DNA of 63,037 nt, filler included, from Pelomyxa schiedti (lineage: Eukaryota; Protista; Evosea): NCBI GenBank assembly GCA_020536535.1. It is 7 parts of 7 records of this genome, joined end to end, with 100 filler letters (N's around TTAATTAATTAA, not from the genome) between each part and the next. Parts side by side here need not be neighbours in the genome. Positions count along the whole stretch, not along the records: positions 24,453 to 54,782 come from JAHLWZ010000292.1; 6 more parts are not named here. One strand, given 5' to 3'. The position numbers were made by a program, and so were the translations under genes. Below are positions 34,825-47,682 of this stretch, piece after piece (the stretch's first letter is position 1; every line of letters starts with the position of its first letter). The notes below the pieces were generated by a model. That model saw only the letters and a program-made list of their open reading frames with translations, was not told the DNA's origin and ran no database searches.

Positions 34825-37504
34825 TCACAGCACTAGGGCAGCTGCCAAGGCGAAGACTAAACCAGCACATAGTCGGTGAAGAGACCCGGATGATGTGGAT
34901 GGGGAGCCGGAATTGGCGGAGGTTACAGACACATCGGTTATGACTATGCTATCCGAGGTCAGCGAGTCCTCGGTAACAAAGTCTGTCATTTCTCTAGATG
35001 GAGGTTAAGTGTGTGGAGGCCTCTTTTTTGTTGAGGTGCGAGCGGGGAGGGGGAGGTTGGGGGTGGGGGACAATACACAAGGGTATCATCGTCCTGTATT
35101 AACACATCGTAGTCTATCATGGCATTTGGGTTCATTTGCTGATACTAGGAGACCATTAGATCAACCCGGAAATTGAGACTTGATACCTCGAAAGATGCCT
35201 CGAGTTGGGGGGTGTCTCTTTTCCCTGACACCACGTTTTGTATTTGGATATTTCTGATGTACTCCGAGCGTAAGGGAACAGGGACACGGTGCGCTATTTC
35301 ATCAACAAGCATCGATGTCACAGCGTCTTCACCCATATCTGACACGGCAGTATCATAATCCAGACCTTTCAGATTGAAGTTGTACTTCCAAGTTGTCTCC
35401 GTGCACGGAGGACAGACAAGCCCGTCGCCACCAATTGCGTATCCCATCATCCTAAGAATGTCATTGAAGATGTAGCAGCAGCAGTCAAGGTGCTCAGCAA
35501 GAACAGCTACGGCATCAGCGCAGTAGGAAGGTACTGTCATATCTGCTGGCTTCTGGGTGGTGGTAACAGGAACGAGGCACTCTGAAGGAATAGCGTACTC
35601 CGGGAACCCAAGGGTCCAATTGAATACTCCCAGGCACCTAGACAGAGTTACTCCAACCAACTAAGACATAAACCTACGTCTGCTGGCCTGGTTTAGGAAC
35701 ACTTGGAGAGGTGCAAAACAAATTGAAGCCAAGATCAAACTTCTCCTTGGTGAAAATTTCCGCAGAACATTGTGTGCAGATCGGAAGATAATCCAAATAC
35801 AAATCCTCAAGGTTTTGCATGCGGTCAATAATATCACTGAAGCATTCCTGGCCTAGGAGATTTTAGATTTACGTAAGCCCCCGTGAAAATAGTACCAGTG
35901 CCGCCAGTGTAGAGGTGCTGAGCGTGACACATGACATTTCCACACCCAACAAACGGTTTTATGATTGGAAGGAAAGATGGACTTGAGCACAGCTCCATTA
36001 CATTGTCCAGTAAAGTAGTGAAGGTTATGAGCGCGTCTTCATCACTTAAAACTTGATTAGTGAAAACAAGTAAGCAGAACACAAACCATGGGTTTTCCAG
36101 CTCGTCCATGGCTTTTATTTCAGTTAGCATTGCTATTTCCGCCTGGGCACTTAATGGCGATTCAGATACAAACTAAAGAGAGAATGCGATACCATTCCGT
36201 GGATATCCTTGGTGCCAGAAGACTTCCTCCTACAGGACCGCTAGTTCCTATGCTTGCCAATTTAGCAGTCTCCACAACCATGGTCCACTTAGAGCACAGC
36301 GACCAATCTGCCGACTGACGAGCGAACTTGCTATTGCATTTGGCTGTGACTGTAGAAGTAACCTGATGTATGTCATGAACAGAAGACTTAGAAATGAATG
36401 TTTACTGTTCGAGCTGCGATATTCCTGGATGCAATGCGTAGTTTTTGTGCTGCCTCTGCCTGTATCCAGTCAGGTGAAAGAAGGTGACTTTTTCTTAGTT
36501 ATACCGGAGATACGACGGGCTTGAGGGCAAGATCGTCTCCACTCCACGTCTCTGCGCAAGGTGTGCATACATCATGTGACACAAGACCGAGCCAGGACCC
36601 TACGGAGGACGAAGTGGGGCCAAAATCTGACAATACTTCAGAAACTATAGTGCTAAGAGTAAGGCCGGTGCTGGATTCCCAAGCGGGGATCCATTCTGAT
36701 GTGGCTTCCTCGGCAGCGAGCACGGTGTCTTGGGCAGTCCTATGATTACTTATTAACTGGAAACTGAACTACCCACATACATGTCTCCTTGCATTCCACT
36801 GTACAACATTCCCCTGAGGATATTACCCCAAACGCCGTTGACGATCTTGCACATGTAAGTTGTGTCATCCTCCAGCACTCCCACATCTGCGGAAGCGTCC
36901 ACCTCTTTCGATTCGTCAACCTTAAGTAGCGTTAAATACCTGTGCCAGCTCCATCAACAAAAAGTACCTTTCCCCTTAAATAGAAACCAATCATAACGGC
37001 TTTTGTATCCGCTGTCGTGGTAGGTACACTCGAGCGAAGAGCGCCAAAGAGTGAAGAAGCAGAGTTTGAGCCACTCACGTATCCATGAGCAATGAGTGAA
37101 GCAGTCTTCTTGGTCATGCAAATGCCACAAACTGTAGCAGTTGCATCGCACTCTGCAGTTGCAGGGCACGTAGTTGATGAAATTGCAGCAGCAGAAAGGC
37201 CGCTTATGAACGAGTCGCTATCAGTGCCCAAAACAGCGTCCCAGGCGTAAGAGCCCGAGGACCAACCCTTATCACCCTGGTTTCTTGCCAAATCCAACTG
37301 TCTCGCGTACCACGATGTCATATCCGGTCCACATGCCGTCGACGCAACGGCGCTCAAAAAACACGCAAAAATCAACAATACTGTGGCAACAGAAAGAAAA
37401 GCGTAAGAACACCAACCAGGAAAAAAGGAACGAGATCTTGGGGGTGCGTGCACCGACTTGTTGTTCTAACAAAATAAAGGGGAAACCGCACAAGTAACAC
37501 GCAT
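34825..37504 (-). CDS. Cys-rich secreted surface protein, probably GPI-anchored; multi-exon
   Basis: Signal-like LLIFACFLSAVASTACG. Many Cys. The C-terminal exon ...SANSGSPSTSSGSLHRLCAGLVFALAAALVL* has small residues followed by a terminal hydrophobic stretch. Confidence 0.6.
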
Positions 37505-37744
37505 GTCTGGTATCTTGTTTTTCTTTTTTTTTTCTGATAGTTTCCCTTCTTCGGGATTTTTGGGGTGTTTCGTGTTAGTTTGTGGTTACCAGAAAAGGCA
37601 GCTCGGCCGGGCGATTGACTACCATTCCGATGTTTGAACCTCTGAGCACATCACATAAACATTCAAGCTTGGACCGCAATTTGCAAATTCCTTCGTGGTG
37701 GTTGAAAGAACGATCGTACTTGAACTCCGGGGCAAGATCTGGAA

Positions 37745-38815
37745 ATGTCACTTCGGATGAAGGAGCATCGGTGGCTGGTGTTTGATGGGGGACCGGTGGA
37801 GGAGATGAGGCGCGTCGACGGCGCAAGAATTGTGGGATCATTCGTGGGCACTTTTTCACCTTTTCCCACCGAAAAGCGAGTTGAGCCACCGCCGGCGGAT
37901 ACCACTACTGCTTGTGGAGGAAAAGAACCAAAACCAGTTGCAAATGGTGGCGTCATTGCAACTGCTACGTGTTCTCCGCAAAAAAGTATCGGTCGGGGGA
38001 GAGCTACGCCACTTGGCAGAAAGTCCACTGGAAAGAACAAGAAAAAGGTCTTTTGTGGACTTCCAGTATTACTGTGCCCTGAGGAAGTCTCTGTGGCATC
38101 CAGATTTGGGTCGATACGGTTGCCCATCCTCGAGGATCCTTATGGTTGTACAAACTCCAATAAAAACACCACTCCCATAACTCCCGCACAATCGCCAGCA
38201 CCCACCAGCACTACCTCATTGCTCCCCCACACTCTCGAGACTGCTAAAAAGCCACAGGATGTGTCCGTTTGTATGTATCAGACCCCATTCTCCTTCCTAC
38301 CACTCGCTCCCTCACCACCATCCCACAATGCACTTACTCCATCCGGCAACAGTAGCACATGTAGTGCCGCTTCAGCTAATCCCAACCACCATCTCCAACA
38401 GCATCAACTTCTACAACAACAGGCCATGGTGTTTTCTGACCTGAGGGACCGCGGATACTACCTCACAAACGGGACCAAATTTGGTGTCACCTACCTCGCC
38501 TACAAGGGGGATCCTGCCACCTGCCACGCTTGCCTCATGGTCCTCGTGGTTGACAGGCACAGCAAGCTATCTGCCATGACCCTTGTTGAACTAGGCAGGC
38601 TGGCCACGGCTGTCAACAAGACCACTGTGTTGGCTTCAGTCTTGTGCCCCTGTGATCACTGCCGCAATGCTAATAATGCCACATTAACACTGGACACAAC
38701 AACAGCATCCTCAGCTTCAGCCCTGTCATCCAGCTGTGTACAGTACATTTCTTTGTCCTGGTGCAACCAGGGAAGGAGGAGAACAATAACTAATGAAGAT
38801 GACGAAGAAACATAA
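37745..38815 (+). CDS. TSEN34: tRNA-splicing endonuclease catalytic subunit Sen34
   Basis: RIVGSFVGT, CGLPVLLCPEEV, and VFSDLRDRGYYLTNGTKFGVTYLAYKGDPATCHA...LGRLATAVNKT with the Tyr-His-Lys triad. Single uninterrupted ORF. Confidence 0.88.
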   Translation: MSLRMKEHRWLVFDGGPVEEMRRVDGARIVGSFVGTFSPFPTEKRVEPPPADTTTACGGKEPKPVANGGVIATATCSPQKSIGRGRATPLGRKSTGKNKKKVFCGLPVLLCPEEVSVASRFGSIRLPILEDPYGCTNSNKNTTPITPAQSPAPTSTTSLLPHTLETAKKPQDVSVCMYQTPFSFLPLAPSPPSHNALTPSGNSSTCSAASANPNHHLQQHQLLQQQAMVFSDLRDRGYYLTNGTKFGVTYLAYKGDPATCHACLMVLVVDRHSKLSAMTLVELGRLATAVNKTTVLASVLCPCDHCRNANNATLTLDTTTASSASALSSSCVQYISLSWCNQGRRRTITNEDDEET

Positions 38816-38872
38816 GGTGAAACTGGGGAAAAAAGTTTACAATTTTTGGAAGAACAGGATGGTCCTTTTATT

Positions 38873-41800
38873 TTAGAAATGCATGTTACAAACATGAAGC
38901 CGTTCATTGCACTGGGAAAGTCTTAATGATACCGTCTTGACCTCCTCATTGGGCCGGCTGTAGTTCTTGTACAAGCTGAGGAGGATAGTAGTGGCACCAG
39001 AGGCATCCTGCCGATGCGAAGCAAAGTACTTTGCAAAAATTTGGTAGTCACCAGTAGGTGCGAAGTGTAACATATACTCCTCTGGTCCATAGCCAAAGCG
39101 GAAGTCACGGGACAGCATGCCTAAAATCCTTGTGTGTCTGTTTCCAAAGTAGCACTCTTCGCCGGTGGGTTCAATTACGTGCAAATCAATATCGGTTTGA
39201 TCAGTATCCCAGGCCATACTTATTCTCAAATCTACATCAACTGGGGCTGTAAACTCCTCCATCTTATCTACCAGGGAAAAGTTCAGGGACTTGGTTTGTG
39301 CTAGCCATATCAGCCTGTTCATTTCCGTAAGTGCTGTAAGCTCAATTTCGTCGTAGGCTGAATTCCATTCTGTTCCACAGACCACCTTCCAGAGGAGTTC
39401 TATTGCACGGCTTATTTTTTCAATAGGTAGTGCATTCGCCAAATCTCGGTACGACTGCGGCTCTCCTGGCGCAATTTTCAGCACCTTCGTAAATACACCA
39501 ACAGCAAAGGCCACCTCACCCCACTCGCGAAGCCTGTAGCCCACGATTCTAAAGAGCTGTTGATCATGTGCACCAAGTTCAAGAATATTAGTAAGAATTC
39601 GAAATGCCAGCTGTTTGTCACCCAGTGATGTCTTAACTTTAGAAGGTTAATTTGGTATGAGGGTAGCTTGTATTGGTTTTTTTTTTTTTGTTTGTTTTGT
39701 TTTGTTTTGTTTTGTTTGTTTTCGGAAGTTACAGTAATCAGAAACGTCAAAGAAAAATGCCGGAGAGGACTCAAAGTCCGTGCGCTGTACCAGATACGAT
39801 TTATAAGCGGCTTTTATGTCACTCCCACACTGTTTAAGTGTTGCCATGTAAGGAGTTCTAGGATCCCACCCTTTGAGTGAAATAGTTGAGTTCTCATCCG
39901 TATCTGCTACAGTGGCAGCTTGTTGAGGCATTGGTTGTGCTTGTTGACGTTGTTGCATCATTTGCTGCATGGGTTGTGCTTGCATTTGTTGCATTTGTTG
40001 CATCTGTTGCATTTGTTGCACTTGCGGCATCATCTGTTGTTGCATTTGCATTTGCGGCATCATCTGCTGCATGGGTGGCATTTGGGGTATCATTTGTGGC
40101 ATCATCTGCTGCTGCATTTGCATTGGTGGCATCTGTTGCATTTGCGGCATCATCTGTTGCTGCATTTGCATTTGCGGCATCATCTGCTGCATGGGTGGCA
40201 TTTGGGGTATCATTTGTGGCATCATCTGCTGCTGCATTTGCATTGGTGGCATCTGCTGCATGCCCATATGGGGTATCATCTGCGGCGCGGCTTGTCCGGG
40301 CGGGGCTTGCATTTGTTGAATTGGCAGTTGTTGAAGTTGGTGTTGTCTTTGTGGCATTGCTTGCGGGATTGCCTGCATTTGTGGGATTGCTTGCAGAGTG
40401 TTTTGTTGGGATATCTGTGATGTCACTGGAATATGAGGGAGCACAGTTGGAAGTAGTGGCTCACTGTGCGGCTTTGCTTGGTTCCACCACCTTTTCCTTT
40501 CTTCCCACATTCCTCTGTACTTTGCAAGCTTTCTTTCAACAGCTTCTTGTTCCAACTTTTTTTTGCGCACCACATGCCGCGTGTACTCCTCATAAAAAGT
40601 TGGACATGCTTTTTGATCTGGAACGACGTTGTACTTTAGATAGAGATCCACCGTATCAAGTAGACGAAACGAGGTGCCAGTCCCTGCGAAGCCAAATTTT
40701 TGGCTTATGTCTTGTATATCCTTAAAGTGAGTGGTCCCGTGCAGACTGAGGGCATCAACTTTTTGTTGGGCCCACACCCTTGGGATGGGAGGAAATAGAG
40801 TTGTCGTCAATGGAATCTCCAATGTTGTTGTGAAGGAGACAGTTGAACCGATGCCATAATTAAGTTTGAGTTGTACAGGAGATGAACCTTGTACTTTGCC
40901 AAAGACACAAAAACGTTGTCCTGAGACCCTAATGGGGACCGGGTGTGAGGGAAACACTTCACAACCATCGTTGGGTGTTAGTGTTGCTCCAATAAATTGA
41001 AAAACTTGATTTGCTTCCAGGGTCTCATTCACCTGCTCTTTTCTGAAGTCCGGTTTCAACATGTCATACAGTTGCTGCAAGGAATTTTATTAGACGGGCT
41101 ACGAGAAACTGTGAAACACACCCCACCAGACTTCTGTGCCAGGAATCTTAGAAGACTTGTATTAGCCTTGTTTGAAGAAGTAAAAATATGAAGAGGCATT
41201 CTCAAGCAATCATCAGGGGGGATTTCATCACCAATACTAGCGTTTCCATCAGTAAAGACGAGTGCGTGCCTGTATGGCCTGGTCCCTATGCAGCTGAGGG
41301 CACTTATGTTCGATCCCCCGTCAGGAACACTCTCCTCCAAAGTGTGCACTAGCTGGTCTATACCAGCTTGGTTGGTTATATCAAATGACTCCGGTGGTTC
41401 GGCTTCATTTCTGATAATATACAGATCGACTTCAGTAATTCCATGTGCTCTATGGCTGATAAGGATGGACTGCAGCAACTCCATCTCAGATTTCCGTTTA
41501 GCAAAACGTCGATTAAAACTGAGGTCGTAAGCAACTGCCACACGGTTTCTTTGACTGGCAGGTTCCGACTCGGACAAAAATGATAACTGAGGGAAATCAC
41601 TTGCAACAAAGAAGCGTACAGATGAGCTTTCTTCAGGAGAGAGCGTAGTCGGAGGGGAAGATACAAATACTTCAGGTATAGCTCCAACGCTTGAATCGGC
41701 AGCGGCAGATGGAACTTCGAACACAAAGTCATCAGACAGAAGGGAATGATTCCCAGTTGCTTTGAACACATGGAAGTCTCCTTCCCGAGTAAAACCATCG

Positions 41801-42482
41801 GTTCTCACGGAAGGGACTGATAGCACTTGTGGATTACCTAAAGAGGACTGAGCCACTTGGAGTGTCACAGCAATGTCCGTTATCGACGTGTTTGTTGAAG
41901 TAGGTATACGCAGCTGTCTCTTAGAAGGCCCTGTAAATTTGATCCTCACATTCTTTGTTTCATTTGCATTCACAATGAACATCCGTACAAAGGTAGTCGG
42001 TTTGAGTGCAGCTTCTGACTTCACAGCTTTGTTATCCTCGAAGAATACAGCTTTCTTAAAGTCATCTTGTGAATTATGTTAAAAAAAACCGGTAGAGACA
42101 ACAAAATGTGCCTTTTTCCACTGGGACTGCAGATAACCAAGCATCGTTCGTAGTTATGCCGTACCCAGAGAGTTTAGAGTCTTCAGGCATCTCAAACTCA
42201 ATTTTGGCTTTGGTACCCGTTTCTTCTTTATTCTTAAACGCAAATGTCCTGTACCAGAGTTTAGAGTTTAAATTACAAACTACAACAACGAAGAGAAAAG
42301 GCGTGGCGTCGATGGGAGCGACGGGAAAAGAAAGTTGTGGAATTGTAGAGGAAGGGAAATAAAAACCAGGTGGCCTCGTAGAGATGCCCAACTAATACTA
42401 CAAACACATCCAACGAAACAAGTGGGATCTGCCTATCAGGATCTTTCTCCCACGTCGCGCTGATTGGAAATCTGGACGCCAT
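38873..42482 (-). CDS. VIT - vWA - Q/M/P-rich linker - TPR - DUF2135 (YfaP-like) protein; multi-exon
   Basis: VIT-like (TFAFKN...IEFEMPEDSKLSGYGI...AVPVEK). vWA-like (RVAVAYDLSFN; PDGGSNI; LVFTDG). TPR (GYRLREWGE...APGEPQSYRDLA). DLRISMAWDTDQTDIDLHVIEPTGEECYF...SRDFRFGYGPEEY. Confidence 0.8.
40021..40260. repeat. Two near-perfect 120-bp tandem units inside a Q/M/P-rich coding tract
   Basis: 40021-40140 and 40141-40260 differ at 3 positions. Confidence 0.9.
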
Positions 42483-42684
42483 CACCTTGCTGTCGTTCTG
42501 TTTGTTTTTGTTTTTGCTATGTTTTTTTGTTGATTGTTCTCGAAAAAGTGGGATCTTCGACCGTTAAAAAGGCAAGGACGTTAGCCAACTTGTCGACTTG
42601 CTTGTGGGTTTAGCCCCACTAATTCGACCACATCCTCAAATGGAATGCACTCTTTCAAAAAAAAAAAGAACTTTTGCTATGATT

Positions 42685-45600
42685 CTAAAGCCCTTGGTAC
42701 ACAGACGACACAGGTGGTACTGGTGGTTGCTCCCTCAGTCTCTGTAAAAGCGCGCTGATGTACTCTTTGCATATGGGTCTGTAGGGGAGGTTGCTCTGGC
42801 ATATGACGCAAGCGCAAGCGGTATCCCCGCACTTGATTCCATCGGGAGCATCAGAGGAATGGCCGGTGTGTGGGAGCCCTGATTTCATGGAAAGGAGGAA
42901 GCTGATCACGGGGTCTGTCCCGCGGCTGTGCTCAACGCACCGGGAGACATAGTCATTCCACATGTCCAGTGGCACCGTCGTCATGTTGGCTAGGCCCTGG
43001 ATTACAGTGTTAGTGCTGGATGATGATGTGGTTGTNNNNNNNNNNNNNNNNNNNNNNNNNNNNNNNNNNNNNNNNNNNNNNNNNNNNNNNNNNNNNNNNN
43101 NNNNNNNNNNNNNNNNNNNNNNNNNNNNNNNNNNNCTGTCCCGCGGCTGTGCTCAACGCACCGGGAGACATAGTCATTCCACATGTCCAGTGGCACCGTC
43201 GTCATGTTGGCTAGGCCCTGGATTACAGTGTTAGTGCTGGATGATGATGTGGTTGTGGCTGTGGCTGCGATTGCTGTTGCAGTTGCAGTTGCTGTCGCTG
43301 TCGCTGTTGCTGTTGCTGTTTGTGTTGGTGTTGCTGTTGCTGTTAGTGCTGGTATTAATGATCTTGCACATTTGGATAACCAATGAAGGAGCCTGTGTGT
43401 TTGTAGTTGGAGTAGATGAGTAACAGTGATGATGTGAAGTGGAGTAAAGGTTGGCTGAATTGTGGAAGAAGTGGTTGTGGAGGAAGCTATGTCAGAAAGC
43501 GCCGTAGGGAATTTGCCTACTGGTTCTATTGTCTGAGCTAAGTCGAGTGCTTCAGGGGCAGTATGTATGTGGAACTCTGCAATTACAACCGAGGCAAGAT
43601 GATCAACGGGAGTCATGCCTATCGCAGAGACTGTGTCTTGTGGGGCAGCTGCCAGTGCCGCTATTCCTAATATCATTCGGCACAACCAATCTTGTGCATT
43701 GTATGAGCCTGTAAAGCTATGCCACGTCACCAGGCCTGGACGTACTAACAGTACGTGTTGTGGCTGCTTAATCAGACCAGCAAAGCGGGAGATGAGGTGC
43801 TCAGAAACCCACTTGGACTGGGAATAACCAGAATGTGAAGTGAGAATCTGGCGCGATGACAGAAGGTCTCCGTGTCGGCTTGCCACGGAGGTTGTAGAAA
43901 AGTGGCAGAGGTTGGCGTGGGAAATACAGGCCAGCCGTATTATCTCCAGCGTTCCAAGTACATTGGATGGTCTGTACAACTTTTTGAAACAATATAGAGG
44001 AAAAACTGTGCTAACCGGTGTTTATCGTAGGGTTCTACGTGATTGACATGTGCAGCAACGTGAAATATTCCCATGACTTGGGATGCTAGTAGGGAAAATT
44101 CTTTTTCGGACATTCCGAAGAATGGCAAGCACATGTCTCCTGGTACAATTTGAACTCTGGAGTCTACTTCTCCAACCACTTTTTCAGCATTGACGAGGGT
44201 ATATTGTCTTAAAGCATTCCTCAGGCGTTGTCTTCCTTCTTCAACAGAAGGACACCTCACCAGACACAATATTCTTGCAGAGTTAATTGAAGAGAGATAT
44301 TGTTGGACTTTCAAGACTTCACTCAGTAAATGAGATCCAATAAACCCAGTTGCTCCAGTAATGAATATTGCTTTTGGGGTGTTTGCGTCGTTGTAATCGC
44401 TGGACGAAGATGTGGGTAGAGATAAATTACAGTCCTCTTCCATAGCTCTAAGCAACTGAGATCTTTGTTCCTTCGCCCCACTGGCTTTACTGTCCGCAAA
44501 TTGCTGTAGGTTTAATGCAGATACCTCCCTATTAAATAGAACTGTTGGAGCAATGTCAATGCCTAGCCTTTCTCTTAGTGCCCCTACAACTCTTATAGCT
44601 GTCAATGAATCTCCTCCGTGGTCACCAAAAAACCCTTGTAACTGTTAAATAGGTACTAAGTGTTATTATTTGTCAACCTGCGGAATTCACTTTACTGACA
44701 GGAATAGACATTACTGACGCTATCACACCAGATAAAGCTGAAGCGTCGGGTGTTGTCTCTGTGACCGGACTCTGTGAATGTTGCAGGAGACTTTCTACAA
44801 TGAGATCCCGGTATTTTGCTTCTAAAGCAGGCCTATTCAATCTGCACAAACTAAGGCAAAATTTACAAAAAGAGTGGATTGCACTTTAATGAGGCTGTTA
44901 TCAAGCCTGCGAACAGTCAGTCCGTTAAATTTATTAAGGGGGTATACCATTTTCTTGGGTCCAAGTGTCCTCCACAAGGATGATGTTCGCAGGAATTTCA
45001 AAAGGCCGTAGCCCTCGTTTCTTTCCAAACTGGACCAGTTCCTCAAATACCTTATGTTGTGTGACTACTGGTGTTATGGAAAATTACTGTACTGCTTTGT
45101 GCGCTTCGGGTGAAAAATGAGCATTTTCCATTGGAGAGTCTGCACCAAGAACTTGATGGAGAATAGTTTTGCAAGGTACCACTACTGCAGACTGTTTATA
45201 CATTTTACTGAGCTTATTTGGTGTATTGCTAAACGAAGTACGTACAACTGCATTTTGGTGGAACTGAGTAACATTGGCACATGTAATGAATATTCTCTCT
45301 ATCAAGGAGCTTTGCAAAAAGATGTTTTCGACTTGTTGTGGAGAAACAAATTCCCCCTGTGGGGATGAGCAGGGGGAAAAAAACTTGAAAAGTTTTTACT
45401 TGGGAGAGTTTGAATAAGTTCTTTCTTCTATCAATAACTCGTATTTCCTTGGGACCAAATAGCTCCACAATGTCTCCTGTGTGGAACCAACCTTCCGAGT
45501 CAAAGGAGTCACGGGATTCATCTTCATTTTTATAGTATGAAAGAACCATTGTTTTTGTCTTCACAACCAACTCCCCTCGTGGGTAAGGGTAGTCTGCTGT

Positions 45601-47471
45601 TGTGTAGCCAAGGTCAGGACAATCAACAAGCTTCGTGTGATAAGTGTGGTAAGAGGGGGAAAAATCAATGTGCCAACCTTCCAAATGAGATCCTTAGACA
45701 GAACGGAATTTATAGCTATAGACCCGACTTCAGAACACCCAAAGGTTTCTTGCACTACTAAATTTGAATTTAGCAAAGTATCTGCAACTTGAAACTTGGT
45801 TCATACTTCCACCCCAGCAGTCCCTCAAAAATTGGAGTAACTCAGGGCTAACTGCAGCACCACCAACTCCAATAATCCGAATCCGTAGACCCATCAAAGG
45901 TTTGATAGAATTTAGAATCTACCAAGAAGACAGTAAGAAAAATCACTGTGCGAGATACCTTTTGACGCTCTGCTTCCAGGAGTCCTGGGTGGTACAGAGG
46001 ATTTTTTAATACCAATTCTGATTTGGCCTTATCGAATGCAACTTTGTATTGTGAGTAAAGTGATTCCCACAGCCTGAGTGGAGTTATCATCCGATTAAAA
46101 GAAAAATTGGTATACCTGGGAGTTGCAGAAAAGTAAGTGGGAGAAGCCAGTTGTAAGTCTTCAAATACATGCTCGAAGTCATTTATCAAGGCAATTCTCC
46201 CGCCTGAGCAAAGGGTTTTATAAAGAAGTTTTCTGCGCGAGCTTGCAACAAACGAGGCTATAACAGTTAAGATTGTTTGGACGAAAAAACAACATTTTTC
46301 CCCGACCTGTTGTAGCTTGAACATAAGGATCAATGATATTCAACTCGCTTTGGAGAATGGATACAAGCATTGAGTTAGTAAATTCAACACCTTTGGGAGT
46401 TCCTGTGCTTCCACTTGGAGAGTTAAAGTAATGCAGGAAAATATGGTAAATTGTACCTCGTATATAGAACAGTTATCAGTGGATTGATAGGTGCCTCAAG
46501 GGACGAGGGTGTGGAATGGATATTTTTGACCTCCTCAGTTGATAGAACTTGAATGTGTGGCCTTGTAGAAGCAAATACTTGTTTAAGTTCCACGACACGG
46601 TCGAAATCACAGATAATGCAACAAGCATTTGTGAGAGAAACCACAGACACCACAAACTCGATTGGGGAAAAGGCATTGATGACCACTGATGTAGCACCAG
46701 CGAGACAACATCCCAAATCCACGGCAACCCATTCCACGCTGTTCCTAGCACACACTGTAACAAATAATGGCATTTGAGGAGGGGTTCCAGTGCCCCTGAA
46801 AGAGGACAACAAGTATTCAGAAAATCTCATAGCAAGGTTGCCTATTTCGGAATACGTAGTCCACTCAAAGTGGCGCTGTTGTTGCCCACAAGTAGAAGAG
46901 TCAGGACATGCTCGTACTGCGCCGATGAGGGGACGATGTGGGTAGCTTCGCATTGCAGTTAAGACAGCATCTCGGACTGTTGTACAGTTGTGAACGGCCT
47001 GATGTGCAGAAGTTGTAACACACACATCTAAATACATGTGATGGTTGTGCTTTTTTTGCTCCCAGCATTGCTTGATGGTACAGAATTACACTGGGTAAAA
47101 AGTGGGAGACTACAACCACACCTGGCACGCATCAAAATTTTCACACTCACTACAGTGGTAGCGAGATGACTCAATAAGCGTAGAGCAGCAATTGCATGCA
47201 AAGGCATACTCACGGGTTTGACTTGCTTGCCGAGGAGCAGCAGCTTCAGTAGAATAAACATACCACCCAAAAAAAAAGGAAAAAACCCTCACCACTACTA
47301 CTTCCATCCTTTTTCCAAAAAATTCCATTGTTAAACAAAAAAAAAAGAAAAAAAGGAAAAAAAGGGAAAGAAACAACACACAGAGGTAGGCACTACAGAT
47401 GACAACACGCTACGTAATCTTGCCGACACCCGCGATAGTGCCGCTGCCACCGCAGCCTTATCCACCCTCAT
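42685..47471 (-). CDS. Carboxylic acid reductase-like NRPS-type enzyme (A-T-R) with N-terminal ZZ zinc finger; multi-exon, spans a gap
   Basis: ZZ: FACNCC...RYHCSECENFDACQ|QCWEQKKHNH. A domain: LYTSGSTGTPKG, ETFGCSEVG, KLVDCPDLGY..ADYPYPRGEL, GWFHTGDI, IDRRKNLFKLSQGEF. T domain: GGDSL. R domain: FITGATGFIGSHLL, HVAAHVNH, SNVLGT, GYSQSKWVSE, VRPG. Start exon uncertain (ATG at 47471 or 47307). Confidence 0.88.
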
Positions 47472-47682
47472 TTTCTTTCGAGTAAATCAGTCGTTCCAGA
47501 CACCAACTTGCCAAGGGAAAAACAAAGTCAAAAAAAAAAAAAGAGAAAGGGGTTGTGCACAACAAAGCACAATTTGTTGAAGGAGTAGAAATACAGCATG
47601 TATATCTATCTATATAGAGCTACAAAATGTAGAAAAATGGCTGAAGAGGAGTTGTTGTCTGTGTGGTTCTGAAGGTGTGCCC

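Noticed and set aside
39886-40725. Cys-rich, His/Leu-rich and Ala/Val-rich plus-strand ORFs (metallothionein-like appearance)
   Set aside because: Antisense shadows of the Q/M/P repeat in the minus-strand VIT gene.
41300-41325. tRNA T-loop-like GTTCGATCCC
   Set aside because: Lies inside the vWA coding exon and no cloverleaf can be built.
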